Shown one piece after another: positions 1 to 10,533 of a DNA stretch of 64,000 nucleotides. The position numbers and the translations under genes are program-made. The DNA is from Candidatus Marinacidobacterales bacterium (GTDB lineage Bacteria > Acidobacteriota > Vicinamibacteria > Marinacidobacterales > DATDRI01): the NCBI GenBank assembly GCA_965226495.1, contig OZ245365.1:5280001-5344000 (forward strand). The letters are read 5' to 3'. Within the stretch, counting starts at the first letter, position 1, and every line of letters starts with the position of its first letter. The notes beneath the pieces are model-generated. The model did no database searches and had not been told where the DNA came from. It saw nothing but the letters and a program-made list of their open reading frames with translations.

Positions 1-855
1 CTCGACCGCTCTCGCAAGCGCCAAAGCTTGAGCGAGATCGGATTCGACACCGAGACGCTCGAGCGGGTGCGCCACGCTGCGGAATCGCCGAACGGCCTCA
101 TCCTCGTGACCGGTCCGACCGGCAGCGGCAAAACGTCGACGCTCTACGCGCTCGTTGATCACTTGAACCGGGAAGACGTGAACATCGTTTCCGCTGAGGA
201 TCCGGTCGAGTCCAAGATCGCGGGCGTCACCCAAGTGCACTGCGGCGAGGAGGCCGGCTTCAATTTCGCGGATGCGCTGAGAAGCTTCCTCCGGCAGGAC
301 CCGGACGTCATTCTCGTCGGGGAGATCCGCGACCAGGAAACGGCGGACATCTCTTTGAAGGCGGCGCTCACCGGACACTTGGTGATGTCGACGCTCCACA
401 CCAACGACGCCGCGAGCACCATCCTCAGACTCTTGAACATGGACCTCGACCCGTTCATGGTTGGATCGGCCGTCAGCCTCGTGCTGGCCCAGAGACTGGT
501 GCGACGCCTGTGCGAGAGGTGCAAGACGAAGCGGAGCTCGGGCGTGCCCGCGGGCGCTCTTTCCGCGCGCGAGGCCGCTATACTCGAGGGAGCGGCGATT
601 TACGATTCCAAAGGGTGTGCCGAGTGTTCCCACACAGGGTATCGCGGTCGCCGGGGGGTTTTCGAGGCGCTCCTGGTGACCGACGAGCTCGAGGAGCTCA
701 TTGCTTCCAAGGCATCGGTGGTGGACATCCGTGAGCTGGCGCTGAAGCAAGGGATGATAACGCTTCGCGAGAGCGGACTTCGCATCGTCGCGTCCGGCGA
801 CACGAGTATCGACGAGGTCTTGGCCACGACGGTTGGGGAAATTCCGGCATCATGA
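1..855 (+). CDS. pilB: Type IV pilus/T2SS assembly ATPase (PilB/GspE family), 5'-truncated by window edge
   Basis: Walker A GPTGSGKT, Asp box AEDPVE, LRQDPDVILVGEIRD, TLHTND His box, CxxC...CxxC zinc motif; frame open from position 1. Confidence 0.9.
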   Translation, partial: LDRSRKRQSLSEIGFDTETLERVRHAAESPNGLILVTGPTGSGKTSTLYALVDHLNREDVNIVSAEDPVESKIAGVTQVHCGEEAGFNFADALRSFLRQDPDVILVGEIRDQETADISLKAALTGHLVMSTLHTNDAASTILRLLNMDLDPFMVGSAVSLVLAQRLVRRLCERCKTKRSSGVPAGALSAREAAILEGAAIYDSKGCAECSHTGYRGRRGVFEALLVTDELEELIASKASVVDIRELALKQGMITLRESGLRIVASGDTSIDEVLATTVGEIPAS

Positions 856-2261
856 TGCTGCGGCTGACACTGTTGACGCTTCTAGCGCTCGGCGCCGTTG
901 ACGACGAGCTCGTCCACCGGGGGCCCGGCTTTTCGATTCGCTACCCCGAAAAGCACAGCAAACTCCAGCCTCCGAGCGCCGCCGTGCCGTTCCAGCTCGA
1001 GTACCGGAAGAATAGCCTCCTGCGGCTCGAGACCGAGCGGCTAACGCAGCCCATCGACTTGAGTGACGAGAGCTTCGCCGAGATTTTCCGAGAGATACAG
1101 CTCGAGCGGCTGCGCGAGAGGGTAGGCACACCGCTCGAAGGCGAGCAGATCAGCCTGTTCTCGTGGGGTGTGGGGATCGAGTTCCATTACTATTTGCCGG
1201 CGCGAAGCGGCAAGAAGAACCGCCGCGATCTGGTGACCGAAGTGGTGACGACGTTCGACGATAAGCTGTACCGCTTCACGTATTGGATTCCGGAGCGGGA
1301 TCTGAAACGGGTGGCCGCACCTTTCGCACAGATCATCGAGAGCTTCAACCCCGAGCGAGTCATCGCCGCGGTGGCACCGGACGAGACCACTGCCACCGGC
1401 GGCTACTCGGCCTCACAGTCCGAAGCGAACGCGGAGGCCTATCGCCGCGAGATCCAGAAGCAAGGGGAGAACAAGAGCGCGCGCGCCGAGCTGCACGCGG
1501 AACTCGCAGAGACGCTGGGGTGGAAGGCGTTTCTGACCAAGTCGCCTTCACCGGCCGAGCTCGAGGAGATGCAGCTCTCTGCCGAGGTGGCGCTCCGCGA
1601 AACACCTAGCGATGTCGACGCGCATCAGGCGCGGGCGTGGGCCGCTTATCACGAGAACCGCATGGTGGAGATGGAGGAGGAGATCAAGAAGGCGATCGCG
1701 ATCGAGCCCGACAATGCGGAGAACCATCTTCTCTATGCGCTCTGGTACGGATTCAACCCCGAGCGATCGGAAGCGATGGCCCGGCAGGCGCTCGACATCG
1801 ATCCCGGCTATGCCGCGGCTTATTACGTCAAAGCCGAAGCCGATCGTCGGAGCGGGGATCTCATGGAAGCGCGGCTCGCACTCGAAGAAGCCGTCAAGCT
1901 CGATCCGGGATTCACCGAGGCACGTCTGCAGCTCGCCGAAGTTCTTAGGGAAAGTGGCGACGCACAGGCGGCACTTGACGCCTACCGCGCGGCCGCAGCG
2001 GCAGCGCCCAACGACCCGAACGTCCGTTTCAAATTCGCGCTCGCGCTCCGCCGATCGGGACGCATCGACCAGGCCATCACCGAGTACGAGGCGCTCTTGC
2101 GCCTCGAACCCTCTCTTGCCGAGGTGCACTACAACCTCGCCGTCCTGTTTCTACAGGAACGACAGGCCGCCGATCTCGCGCGCGAGCACTTCCGCCGCTT
2201 CGTCGAGCTCGACCCGGAGAGCGAGCGGACGCCCCACGTTCGGGAGTGGCTCGCCAACTGA
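852..2261 (+). CDS. Secreted TPR-repeat protein with N-terminal PsbP-like/unknown domain
   Basis: Signal peptide, several TPR motifs (A...A+.+dP...A.y.la) in C-terminal half; ATGA overlap with upstream ATPase. Confidence 0.8.
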   Translation: MMLRLTLLTLLALGAVDDELVHRGPGFSIRYPEKHSKLQPPSAAVPFQLEYRKNSLLRLETERLTQPIDLSDESFAEIFREIQLERLRERVGTPLEGEQISLFSWGVGIEFHYYLPARSGKKNRRDLVTEVVTTFDDKLYRFTYWIPERDLKRVAAPFAQIIESFNPERVIAAVAPDETTATGGYSASQSEANAEAYRREIQKQGENKSARAELHAELAETLGWKAFLTKSPSPAELEEMQLSAEVALRETPSDVDAHQARAWAAYHENRMVEMEEEIKKAIAIEPDNAENHLLYALWYGFNPERSEAMARQALDIDPGYAAAYYVKAEADRRSGDLMEARLALEEAVKLDPGFTEARLQLAEVLRESGDAQAALDAYRAAAAAAPNDPNVRFKFALALRRSGRIDQAITEYEALLRLEPSLAEVHYNLAVLFLQERQAADLAREHFRRFVELDPESERTPHVREWLAN

Positions 2262-2304
2262 GCCTACTTGATCAACAAGATCCTCTGGTTGACCGGGTAG
2301 GACC
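2254..2304 (+). repeat. 51-bp imperfect direct repeat, copy 1 (orphan 3' end of an M24-peptidase allele)
   Basis: CCAACTGAGCCTACTTGATCAACAAGATCCTCTGGTTGACCGGGTAGGACC; 47/51 identical to 5330-5380; minus strand reads YPVNQRILLIK*. Confidence 0.9.
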
Positions 2305-2587
2305 GGACTTGCTTCCGCGAGGGAGCCCCACCCCCTGAGAGTCCGGAACACGCCGTTCGTCGAGCTTCGATCAGGCGAGGATCACGTGATCCAAGAAATC
2401 CACAGGTTTTCCATAGGCTTTGTTACCGGACGTAACAGGGGCAGGGTCCTAAGGGTCCGGCAAAATCGGCGCTAGCAGGGTCGCAGCCATACGTCCGTTG
2501 CTTTTCTTCTCAATGTCAGGCGCCTGACTAAAATGGCCGAAAATCGTTTCCTTTCGAAACACCTGCTGGCCGTCCCTCGGAACGCCG

Positions 2588-2615
2588 TTGACATTTCAGT
2601 CCGCAAGCGAATACT
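2588..2615 (+). promoter_or_regulatory. Putative sigma70 promoter of kinase gene
   Basis: TTGACA (2588-2593), 16 nt, AATACT (2610-2615), 20 nt upstream of ATG 2636. Confidence 0.45.
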
Positions 2616-2635
2616 TTCCTGTTCTGAGGTCGACT

Positions 2636-5337
2636 ATGTCCCTCACTTCTGGCACGAAGCTGAGTTCTTACGAAATCCTCGATCCCATTGGCGCTGGTGG
2701 GATGGGAGAGGTCTACCGCGCCAGGGACACGAAGCTCGGTCGTGAAGTCGCCGTCAAAGTCCTGCCTGAAGCCTTCGCTCAGAACGAAGAACGCCTAGCC
2801 CGATTCGAGCGTGAAGCCCGGCTCCTCGCATCCTTGAATCATCCCAACATCGCTACTCTCTACGGCTTCGAACAATCCAACGGAGTCCAGTTCCTGGTCA
2901 TGGAGCTCGCCGACGGCGAAACTCTCGCAGAGCGACTCCGGCGCGGCCCTATCCCAATCGAGGACGCCTTTCCCATCTTCAAACAGATCGCGGAAGCATT
3001 GGAGGCGGCTCACGAAAAGGGAATCATCCACCGCGACCTGAAACCAGCCAACATCAAGGTGAGCTCAGAAGACAAAGTGAAGGTCCTCGACTTCGGCCTT
3101 GCCAAGGCGATGAGTGAAGACCCCGTGAAGAGTGAGCTGTCCGAGTCACCGACCATCACGAGAGATGCGACAGCGACCGGCGTCATCCTCGGCACTGCCG
3201 CTTACATGAGCCCCGAGCAAGCCCGTGGAAAAACCGTAGACAAGCGGACAGACATCTGGGCTTTTGGTTGCTGTCTCTATGAAGCGCTCACGGGTCGCAT
3301 GGTCTTCCAGGGAGACACCCTCTCCGACACCATTGCCGGGATCTTAGAACGCGATCCGGATTGGAAGGCGCTGCCCGAATCCACGACACCAGGCGTACGT
3401 GTTGTGCTGCGCCGATGTCTACAGAAGGACGCCAATCGGCGACTTCATGACATCGCCGACGCCCGGATCGAGATGGAAGAGGCTCTGACGGAGCCCTCCA
3501 CGAGGCCGAGCGACGCAACCGAGGAGCGCGTCTACCTTCGCGGCGGTGGCGGACGATACCATGGATAGCGGTCGCCCTCGTCGCTACGGCAGTGGCTATC
3601 TGGAGTTGGATGCGGGCCAACCCGCCGTCCATGGTCCCCCTGACGCGACTTTCCCTGTCGACTCCACCCCTCGCTGGATCCGGCCGCATGTTGGACATCT
3701 CGCCGGACGGTACCCGCCTCGCCTTCATCGCTGAGGAGAACGGCGTCAGGAGACTTTATCTTCGTTCGATGGATCAGCTCGACGCAAGATCGGTTGAAGG
3801 CACGGAGGGCGCTCGAGGCGGCCCCTTCTTCTCTCCGGATGGCGAGTGGGTCGGCTTTCACGTTCCCGTCGCCGAAAGAGCAAACAGGGCCGGGGTGCTA
3901 AAGAAGGTTCCCGTGTCAGGAGGAACGGTGCACACGTTGTGCGAGTGCGACAACCCGAGTTTTTTCGGGCGCTTGTGGGGGCGCGACCAGCGGATCTACT
4001 TCGATACCTGGGGCGGCGTCTCGTGGATTCCTGCGACGGGGGGCGAGCCGCAGGTTGTCACGGTCGCTCAAGAGGGGGAAAGGCGTGGCTGGGCCGACCT
4101 TCTTCCCGATGGAAACTCACTGTTGATTACCGTGAAACCTCGAAACACGGAGTGGACGGACCGGTCTGATATTGGCATCGTCTCCTTGGAGTCCGGCGAT
4201 TATCGACCCCTGTTGGAAGGGGCCGGCCATTTCGCGCGCTACGTCCCTACGGGTCACTTGGTCTATGCACGGGAGGGAGGGCTGCGAGCCGTTCCCTTCG
4301 ATCTTGGACGGCTCGAGGTAACCGGTTCGCCAGTTTCTGTTCTGGAGGGCATCGTTACTAACACGGTCGCCGGTGCGGCGATGTTTGCGTTTTCTGAGAA
4401 CGGAACTCTCGCCTATATTCCCGGCCATCGACTCTTCCCGCCTCCAATGAGGCTCGTCTGGGTGGATCGTGATGGAGAGGTTGAGCCCATCCGTGAGGTT
4501 AGGGCTGTCTATAATCCGACCCTTTCGCCGGATGGCCGGCGGATAGCCTTAGTGAATTTTCAGGAAGCGAATAGTGACGTCTGGATTTATGACATCGCTC
4601 GCGGCACACTGAGCCGATTGACGACCTCTCCCGGCGATGAAGAGCACCCAGTCTGGTCGCCGGACGGCCGATACTTGGCGTTTTACTCGAACCGCGACCC
4701 AGAGAAACCAGCCAACCTGTACAGGAAACGCACCGACGGGAGTGGTCCCGCTGAGCGCCTCACCGAGAGCGACGAGCGACAGATCCCCCGCGCATGGTCG
4801 CCGGACGGTCGGGTCCTCGCTTTTAACATCAGAAAAGACTTGAGAAGTAGCATTTGGATGCTTCAAATGGAGAGTGAACGAAAACCGGAGTTGTTTCTAG
4901 AAACACCAACACACGTTAACTCGTGGCCCGTCGATTTCTCGCCCGACGGCCGCTGGTTGGCGTACGTATCCAAGGAGACGGGGCGGCTCGAAGTCTACGC
5001 CGTTGCCTATCCGGACCCGGGGCCACGGTACCGGATCTCGACGGATGGCGGCTGGGATCCGCGCTGGGCCGCCGACGGGAGCGAAATCTTCTATATCTCG
5101 GAGAACAAACTGATGGCCGTTCCCGTGAGCTGGAACCCTGAGCTCACAGTTGGGAAGCCTCAGATGCTTTTCCAGGACCAGTTTTATTCCTACGGAGGCA
5201 ATGTTCCGAGTTACGACGTCACCCCCGACGGCCAACGGTTCGTGATGTTACAGGATGTCGGCGTGCCGGCATTCACCCAAATCAATGTCGTCCTCAACTG
5301 GTTCGAGGAGCTGAAACGCCTGGTTCCCACCAACTGA
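2636..5337 (+). pseudogene. Ser/Thr protein kinase - TM - TolB/PD40 beta-propeller receptor, split by one frameshift near 3500-3540 (real lesion or sequencing error)
   Basis: GAGGMGEVY, VAVK, HRDLKPAN, DFG, YMSPEQ in 2636-3568; TM segment RRWRTIPWIAVALVATAVAIW and WSPDG repeats plus C-terminal INVVLNWFEELKRLVPTN in the other frame; adding 1 nt gives one 900-aa ORF. Confidence 0.85.
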
Positions 5338-5380
5338 GCCTACTTGATCACCAAAATCCGCTGGTTGACCGGGTAGAACC
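5330..5380 (+). repeat. 51-bp imperfect direct repeat, copy 2 (kinase stop plus M24 peptidase 3' end)
   Basis: CCAACTGAGCCTACTTGATCACCAAAATCCGCTGGTTGACCGGGTAGAACC. Confidence 0.9.
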
Positions 5381-6671
5381 ACTCCACACCGCGCTCGGTC
5401 ACGATGGCGTCATCCTCCAAAGGAATGCGCACTTTCTTCCCACCCCACTCCGGTGCCGCAGTGTAGGCGAAGAGCTCGATGGAGAACATGTTGCTCGGCT
5501 TGATCTCGAACTCGAGCCGCTTCGGATTGAACCACGCGATAGAAGGACCGATACCGTGCCCTAGATTTCCCACCGAATGACAACCGATGATGACCTCGGT
5601 CTTCTCGGTATCGGTGGGCTTGTTGAATTCTTTCATCATCGCGAAACCGGCTTCTTCGACCTTCTTACCAAGCAGCTCGAGTGTCTCGGCCGCGGTGCGA
5701 CCGGGCTTGATGGTCTGCCGGATGATGTCCCTGACCTTGAGCCCCTGATCGAAGGCGTTCTGGATGCCGGCCGGTGGGGCGGTCTCCCCTTCCTTGAGGA
5801 CGTACGCAATGCGCTTCATGTCGGTGAAGAGATTCAAATACCCGACACCCCAATCGATCATGAGTAAGTCGCCTCTCTGGATGATGCGATCGGTCGAAAC
5901 GGCCGCGATCCCGTCCGGCCCGGTGACATAGACGGATGGCATGTCGAAAGAGGACAGGAGCGCGCGGTCTAACAATTGGTCCTGCATCCACCAGGCGACA
6001 TCTTCGAGGGTGGTGACCCCGGGAGTGATCACTTTGTTAGAGAACGCCGTCTCCGCGATATTCCGCGACATTTCCCCGGCCTCGCCGAAGGCGACCACCT
6101 CCGACGCGACCCGGCGGGAGCGGAAATCCGAGACCAGCTTCTCCGCGGATACCAGCCGAGAGGCGTAGGGCTCTCCGAGCGTCTCGACCAAGTACTGATA
6201 GCTAGTGTGCGACAGCCCGTCCGCCCCACCGATCGACTCCGACATGTTGACGCCGATGCGAGCGGGATCCCGTTCACTCACGAACGCCGCGAGATCGACC
6301 TTGCCCCCGAACTCGCGCCCGGTGAGGTCGTAGACACCACACTGCTCCAACATGTAGCCGCCGACTCCGAGAGCCGCCCGCTCGATGCGATCGCCGCCTC
6401 GATCGGTGAAGATGTAATAGCCTCGGTCGCTGGTGTATCCGCGTCCAAGATCCTCGTAGAGCGGGCTTTGGTGCCCCTCCTTCATCATCGTGATCCACAT
6501 GTCGATCTTGTTCTCGCGCAGCGCTTCCGGAAGGATGCGATCGAACTTCTCTTGCCGAATTTGGCACATCCGCTCCCACCGCCGCCGTGCCTCTTGCGCC
6601 CCGGACGGCCACGCGAACAGAATCACAAGCCCCAGCAGCATGCTCATTTTCAGCATTCGTCCACGCGTCAT
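5340..6671 (-). CDS. Secreted M24 family (Xaa-Pro aminopeptidase-like) metallopeptidase
   Basis: Signal peptide; IDWG...TDMKR, HSVG..GH, SIE, LEDD metal-ligand pattern of pita-bread fold. Confidence 0.85.
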   Translation of the reverse strand: MTRGRMLKMSMLLGLVILFAWPSGAQEARRRWERMCQIRQEKFDRILPEALRENKIDMWITMMKEGHQSPLYEDLGRGYTSDRGYYIFTDRGGDRIERAALGVGGYMLEQCGVYDLTGREFGGKVDLAAFVSERDPARIGVNMSESIGGADGLSHTSYQYLVETLGEPYASRLVSAEKLVSDFRSRRVASEVVAFGEAGEMSRNIAETAFSNKVITPGVTTLEDVAWWMQDQLLDRALLSSFDMPSVYVTGPDGIAAVSTDRIIQRGDLLMIDWGVGYLNLFTDMKRIAYVLKEGETAPPAGIQNAFDQGLKVRDIIRQTIKPGRTAAETLELLGKKVEEAGFAMMKEFNKPTDTEKTEVIIGCHSVGNLGHGIGPSIAWFNPKRLEFEIKPSNMFSIELFAYTAAPEWGGKKVRIPLEDDAIVTERGVEWFYPVNQRILVIK

Positions 6672-7519
6672 TTACCTTCTCCGCTGTCCTGGAAAATCTC
6701 CGCCATGTCCCATTTTTTGATGACCTCTTCGATCTGCTGTGCCATGCTTTGATTCACCTTCTGGTAGTAAATCTTAGCCTTTTCCGCGTCGAAATCCGGA
6801 TACCCCTGGCCGGGCTCGTAGAGTCCAATAGAAGACGGAAACGGATACGCGCTCCAGGACCCGGCGGGCGGATTAGCCGTTGCCATCTCCGCCGAGTAAC
6901 GTTCCGGATGCACATGCTCGGGGACGACGGCTTGAATATAGGCCGTCTCGTTGAGCCCGGCGTGCCCTCCATTCTCCTCGTAAACCTCAAAGACCACCTC
7001 GCTGGTCATGGACCACCAGTTCGTCACCAAAGTGCGTACTCGCTCCCGCCGACCGACCGCCTCGGCGGCCCGCCTCAATATCGCCGTCTGAGGTCCGCCG
7101 TGCCCGTTCAAGATGATTAGGTTATTGAACCCGTTCTTGGCAAGCCCAGCGAGGAGATCGACGATGAAGGATTCATAAGCGCTTTCGCTAATGGAGAAGG
7201 TTCCGGGAAAACCATCCAGCCGGCCGGTGACTCCATAGTTGAGGGGCGGTGCGATGAGTGCCTCGAGCTGGTCGGCGAGCGCTGCGGCCATCGCTTTCGG
7301 TGCCAGATTGTCCGAGCCATTGGGCAGCACGCCATGAGCCTCAAGAGTGCCGGTTGGGATCAGCACCGTTTCGATGTGCTCCGGGACTAACTCGGCAAAC
7401 TCCTGCCACCCTAGGAGATTCATCTCCCGCGTAGACGGGGAGGTTTGAGGCTGAGCTGTTCCCGATACAAACAGCGTGAATGCTATGGTCGTCATTGTCA
7501 TTGGCAGATATCGATCCAT
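6668..7519 (-). CDS. Creatininase/amidohydrolase family protein
   Basis: P.G.LEAHG.LP.GSD, ILNGHGG, GGHAG..ET motifs; ATGA-type coupling to M24 gene. Confidence 0.85.
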   Translation of the reverse strand: MDRYLPMTMTTIAFTLFVSGTAQPQTSPSTREMNLLGWQEFAELVPEHIETVLIPTGTLEAHGVLPNGSDNLAPKAMAAALADQLEALIAPPLNYGVTGRLDGFPGTFSISESAYESFIVDLLAGLAKNGFNNLIILNGHGGPQTAILRRAAEAVGRRERVRTLVTNWWSMTSEVVFEVYEENGGHAGLNETAYIQAVVPEHVHPERYSAEMATANPPAGSWSAYPFPSSIGLYEPGQGYPDFDAEKAKIYYQKVNQSMAQQIEEVIKKWDMAEIFQDSGEGK

Positions 7520-7622
7520 GTTCTATGGCTCCTGTTCGAAGAGAGGCATCAACTTATCCTCAGGTGACGGTGGAATCAACCGGTCCTCCCATTGCGCCGT
7601 GGATCGCTCTGCCATAGGATGA

Positions 7623-9033
7623 CGAGTCTCCTCCGCCCTCGACGGATTTTCTTTCGAGTGTCCACCCGGGGATGTGGCGTGCCTGCTGGGACCGAACGGG
7701 GCAGGTAAAACGACCGCGCTCTCGACCGCTGCCGGCCTTCTTGCTGCTGACGACGGAACCGTTCAGTTCGCAGGCCAGCCGGTTGCCCCCAATGCCCCAC
7801 CGCGCCTGATGGGCTACCTTCCACAGCAAAGTAGCTTTCCCCCCGTTCTCACCGCCCGAGAGGTCGTGGACTTCTCTTTCTCGGCCCGGCGTACACCCGC
7901 CTCGTCTCGCCAAGAGATCTTGTCTCTGACCGGAGTGGAACGTGTACTGGACGAGACCGTCGGTACGCTGTCCAGCGGTTGGATTCGACGCCTGGGCCTA
8001 GCGGTCGCTCTGGCGCCTCCCTCCGGGCTGCTGTTGTTGGACGAGCCATTCGTGGGGCTAGATCTCGACATCCTCGACTCGATCGTTGCTCATTTGAAAA
8101 ACCCCCGAGCCCGGGACGCGACGATGCGTAACGTGCTCCTCGTTGCCCGACGAGAATGGAAGCTATTGCACCGCAGTCGTTCGGCCCAGGCCGCGGCCGT
8201 CTTGGTGCTGGCCATCGCGTGGCTACCTCCTTTGCTAGTCTCCATACGAGTTGCGAGACTCGGATTGGCCCCGTTCGCCGATGTCACGCCTCTTACGCTC
8301 GCCATCGCCGGTGTCATCCTGCCGCTCTTAACACTCCTGGCCGGTGCCGATTTGCTGGCGGGAGAGTTGGAAGAGGGATTCTTGGTACCCGTCGTCTCTC
8401 TTCCAATCAGTCGCCGGGCCTGCTATATCGGCAAGTTCCTGGGGAGGGCCTGTGTCATGGGCGCGTTCTATGTCCTGGCGTTTGGCTCAGCGGGGGCCGC
8501 CATCGGAATTCTACACGGGCCGGACGGGTGGCAGGATTACGTGGTGGTCGCGGCGGGGGGATTCTTACTCAGCCTATCCTGCGCAGGCATCGGTGCCGCG
8601 CTGGCTTCGATTAGCCGCAGTAGGGTCCGCGCGTACGCGACAAGTCTTGGCTTCTGGGTACTCCTCGTCTTTGCTCTCGATGCTGGCCTGCTGGCGGCGA
8701 CCATCGGGCTCGCTCCTCCCCCACCCGACAATGTCGGACATCACGGCCACGACGAGTTGGTCGCACCCCGGCGGTTCGAAGGATGCGACGTCCGATAACA
8801 GCGAAGAGAGCCGCGCCGGCACGAGTGTCGTCACCTCACTCATGATGCTCAATCCGGTGGATCTATTTCGCCTCAGCGCACTGACCATCGCTCCCGATCT
8901 CAGTGCGCGGTGGATGTTGTTCGCGGAGCGAGCCACGCCACCCTGGCCCCTCATCCTAGTTGGATGGATCCTATCGATCACCGTGCCGGCGGCGCTCGGT
9001 ATGTACCTTTTCGAGAGGCTGCCTTTAGCATGA
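7623..9033 (+). pseudogene. Decayed ABC transporter: truncated NosF-like ATPase fused in frame to NosY-like permease with a further frameshift
   Basis: GPNGAGKT, LSSG, LLLDEP present but in-frame TGA at 7620 and no H-loop; permease begins at ATG 8124; extra base near C-run 8766-8769 shifts into frame carrying NPVDLFR motif to 9033. Confidence 0.75.
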
Positions 9034-9049
9034 AGTTAATCTCGCCGCA

Positions 9050-10471
9050 CTAACGAGGGTCCTTCCGGTAGGAGAATTCCACCCTCTCGTGAACGTGACC
9101 TCCCTGGATGATGAGCTCAATGTGACGCAAGTGGCGAATGTCTTGGAGCGGATCCTCACTCAATACGAGTAGGTCGGCGAGCTTCCCCGGCTCGATGGTC
9201 CCCAGGCGATCGTCCGCTCCAATCACCTCCGCCCCGTTTCGCGTCGCAGCGACGAGCGCTTCCATGGGAGTGAGACCGCACTCGACCAGCAACTCTATCT
9301 CTCTGGGCGTCTGATACCCCTGAAAGTTGTAACCCACCCGCCCGCCCGCATCCGTGCCCACCGCCAACTTTATTCCTGCTCGGTGCATCGTCGCCACGTT
9401 GGCCTTCAAGACCGGAAGCTTCCTGTCTACCCACGCGTAGGCATCGTTTCGTTCCGGTGCGGTTTTCGGAAAGTTGCCGTGGGCTAGAAAAAGACGTCGT
9501 TCCTCCAAGATGTACTTCCGCTCTCGCATCTTATCCAAAAGGAAGGAAGGGACACTCGACCTCAGTATTGGATCCTCGAACCAGGATTCGCTCCCTTCGA
9601 ATCGGTTGAACGACTCGAAGAGACTCAGGGTTGGACCGACGTAGGTGCCGCTTTGCAGGATCTCACTAATAAGGCGGTCGCCGTCCGTGATCGCTTCTTC
9701 CAGACCGTGAACAATCGCCCGAGGCTTCATCTCGATGGCCCGCCAGTATTCCCTCAGGTTGACCGCATGGACGTACACCGGCAGATCGGCACGCCGCGCT
9801 TCCTCCACCACCGCACCCACCATCTCCTCGAACTTTTCCCGATGAACCCCGGAGCGCAGAACGTCATCCTCGACCATGACCTTGAACCCGTTCACCCCAT
9901 CCGATACGTAACGCCGGGCTCGGGCGTGAGCCTCTGCCGGGTCCGTCAGAACACTATCCCCTTCCGGCCCCCATCCTTGCGTGGGCGTGAAAGCCATGCC
10001 CACGGCATAGATGCGAGGTGACAAGAGTCGTCCCGCGCCTTGAGCGGAGCGCCTCGCCAAAATCTCACCGGACTCTCCCGACACGTACGACGACAGATCC
10101 AGCACCGTTGTTACCCCGTTGTACAGGAAGGCCCGTGGCGTATGTTCCACGATCTGCACACGCTCCCGTTCCGTTATCTGGTAGACGACTGGGGCGTCCA
10201 GATGAACGTGGGTGTCGATCAGCCCGGGCACGATAAACTTCCCCGTGGCATCGATGGTCTGGAAAGAACCGCGGGGCTTCAGATCTTCGTCGATTTCCAC
10301 GATCTTGCCCCCGCGGACAAAGATGTCGACGCCTGGCTTCGGAGGGGCACCGGTACCGTCAATGAGCGTCCCGTTCTCGATCAAGAGTTGAGAGGTCGTG
10401 GGACGCGATTCACACCCCACGCCCGCGTGGATGGCGAGAACGAGACAGATGAGGGAAAATGCCTTGCCCAT
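9050..10471 (-). CDS. Amidohydrolase family protein (imidazolonepropionase-like), probable lipoprotein
   Basis: PGLIDTHVH, GTDAG, G.IEPGKLADL motifs; lipobox-like AGVGC. Confidence 0.9.
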   Translation of the reverse strand: MGKAFSLICLVLAIHAGVGCESRPTTSQLLIENGTLIDGTGAPPKPGVDIFVRGGKIVEIDEDLKPRGSFQTIDATGKFIVPGLIDTHVHLDAPVVYQITERERVQIVEHTPRAFLYNGVTTVLDLSSYVSGESGEILARRSAQGAGRLLSPRIYAVGMAFTPTQGWGPEGDSVLTDPAEAHARARRYVSDGVNGFKVMVEDDVLRSGVHREKFEEMVGAVVEEARRADLPVYVHAVNLREYWRAIEMKPRAIVHGLEEAITDGDRLISEILQSGTYVGPTLSLFESFNRFEGSESWFEDPILRSSVPSFLLDKMRERKYILEERRLFLAHGNFPKTAPERNDAYAWVDRKLPVLKANVATMHRAGIKLAVGTDAGGRVGYNFQGYQTPREIELLVECGLTPMEALVAATRNGAEVIGADDRLGTIEPGKLADLLVLSEDPLQDIRHLRHIELIIQGGHVHERVEFSYRKDPR

Positions 10472-10533
10472 TGCGCTCTAATCGAGCTCAAACTAGCATA
10501 CTCGGCTAAGACTAGGTATTCGTGGAGGTCCGC

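Noticed and set aside
2254-5380. DGR template/variable repeat pair
   Set aside because: The four mismatches are not adenine-specific on either strand and no reverse transcriptase is present
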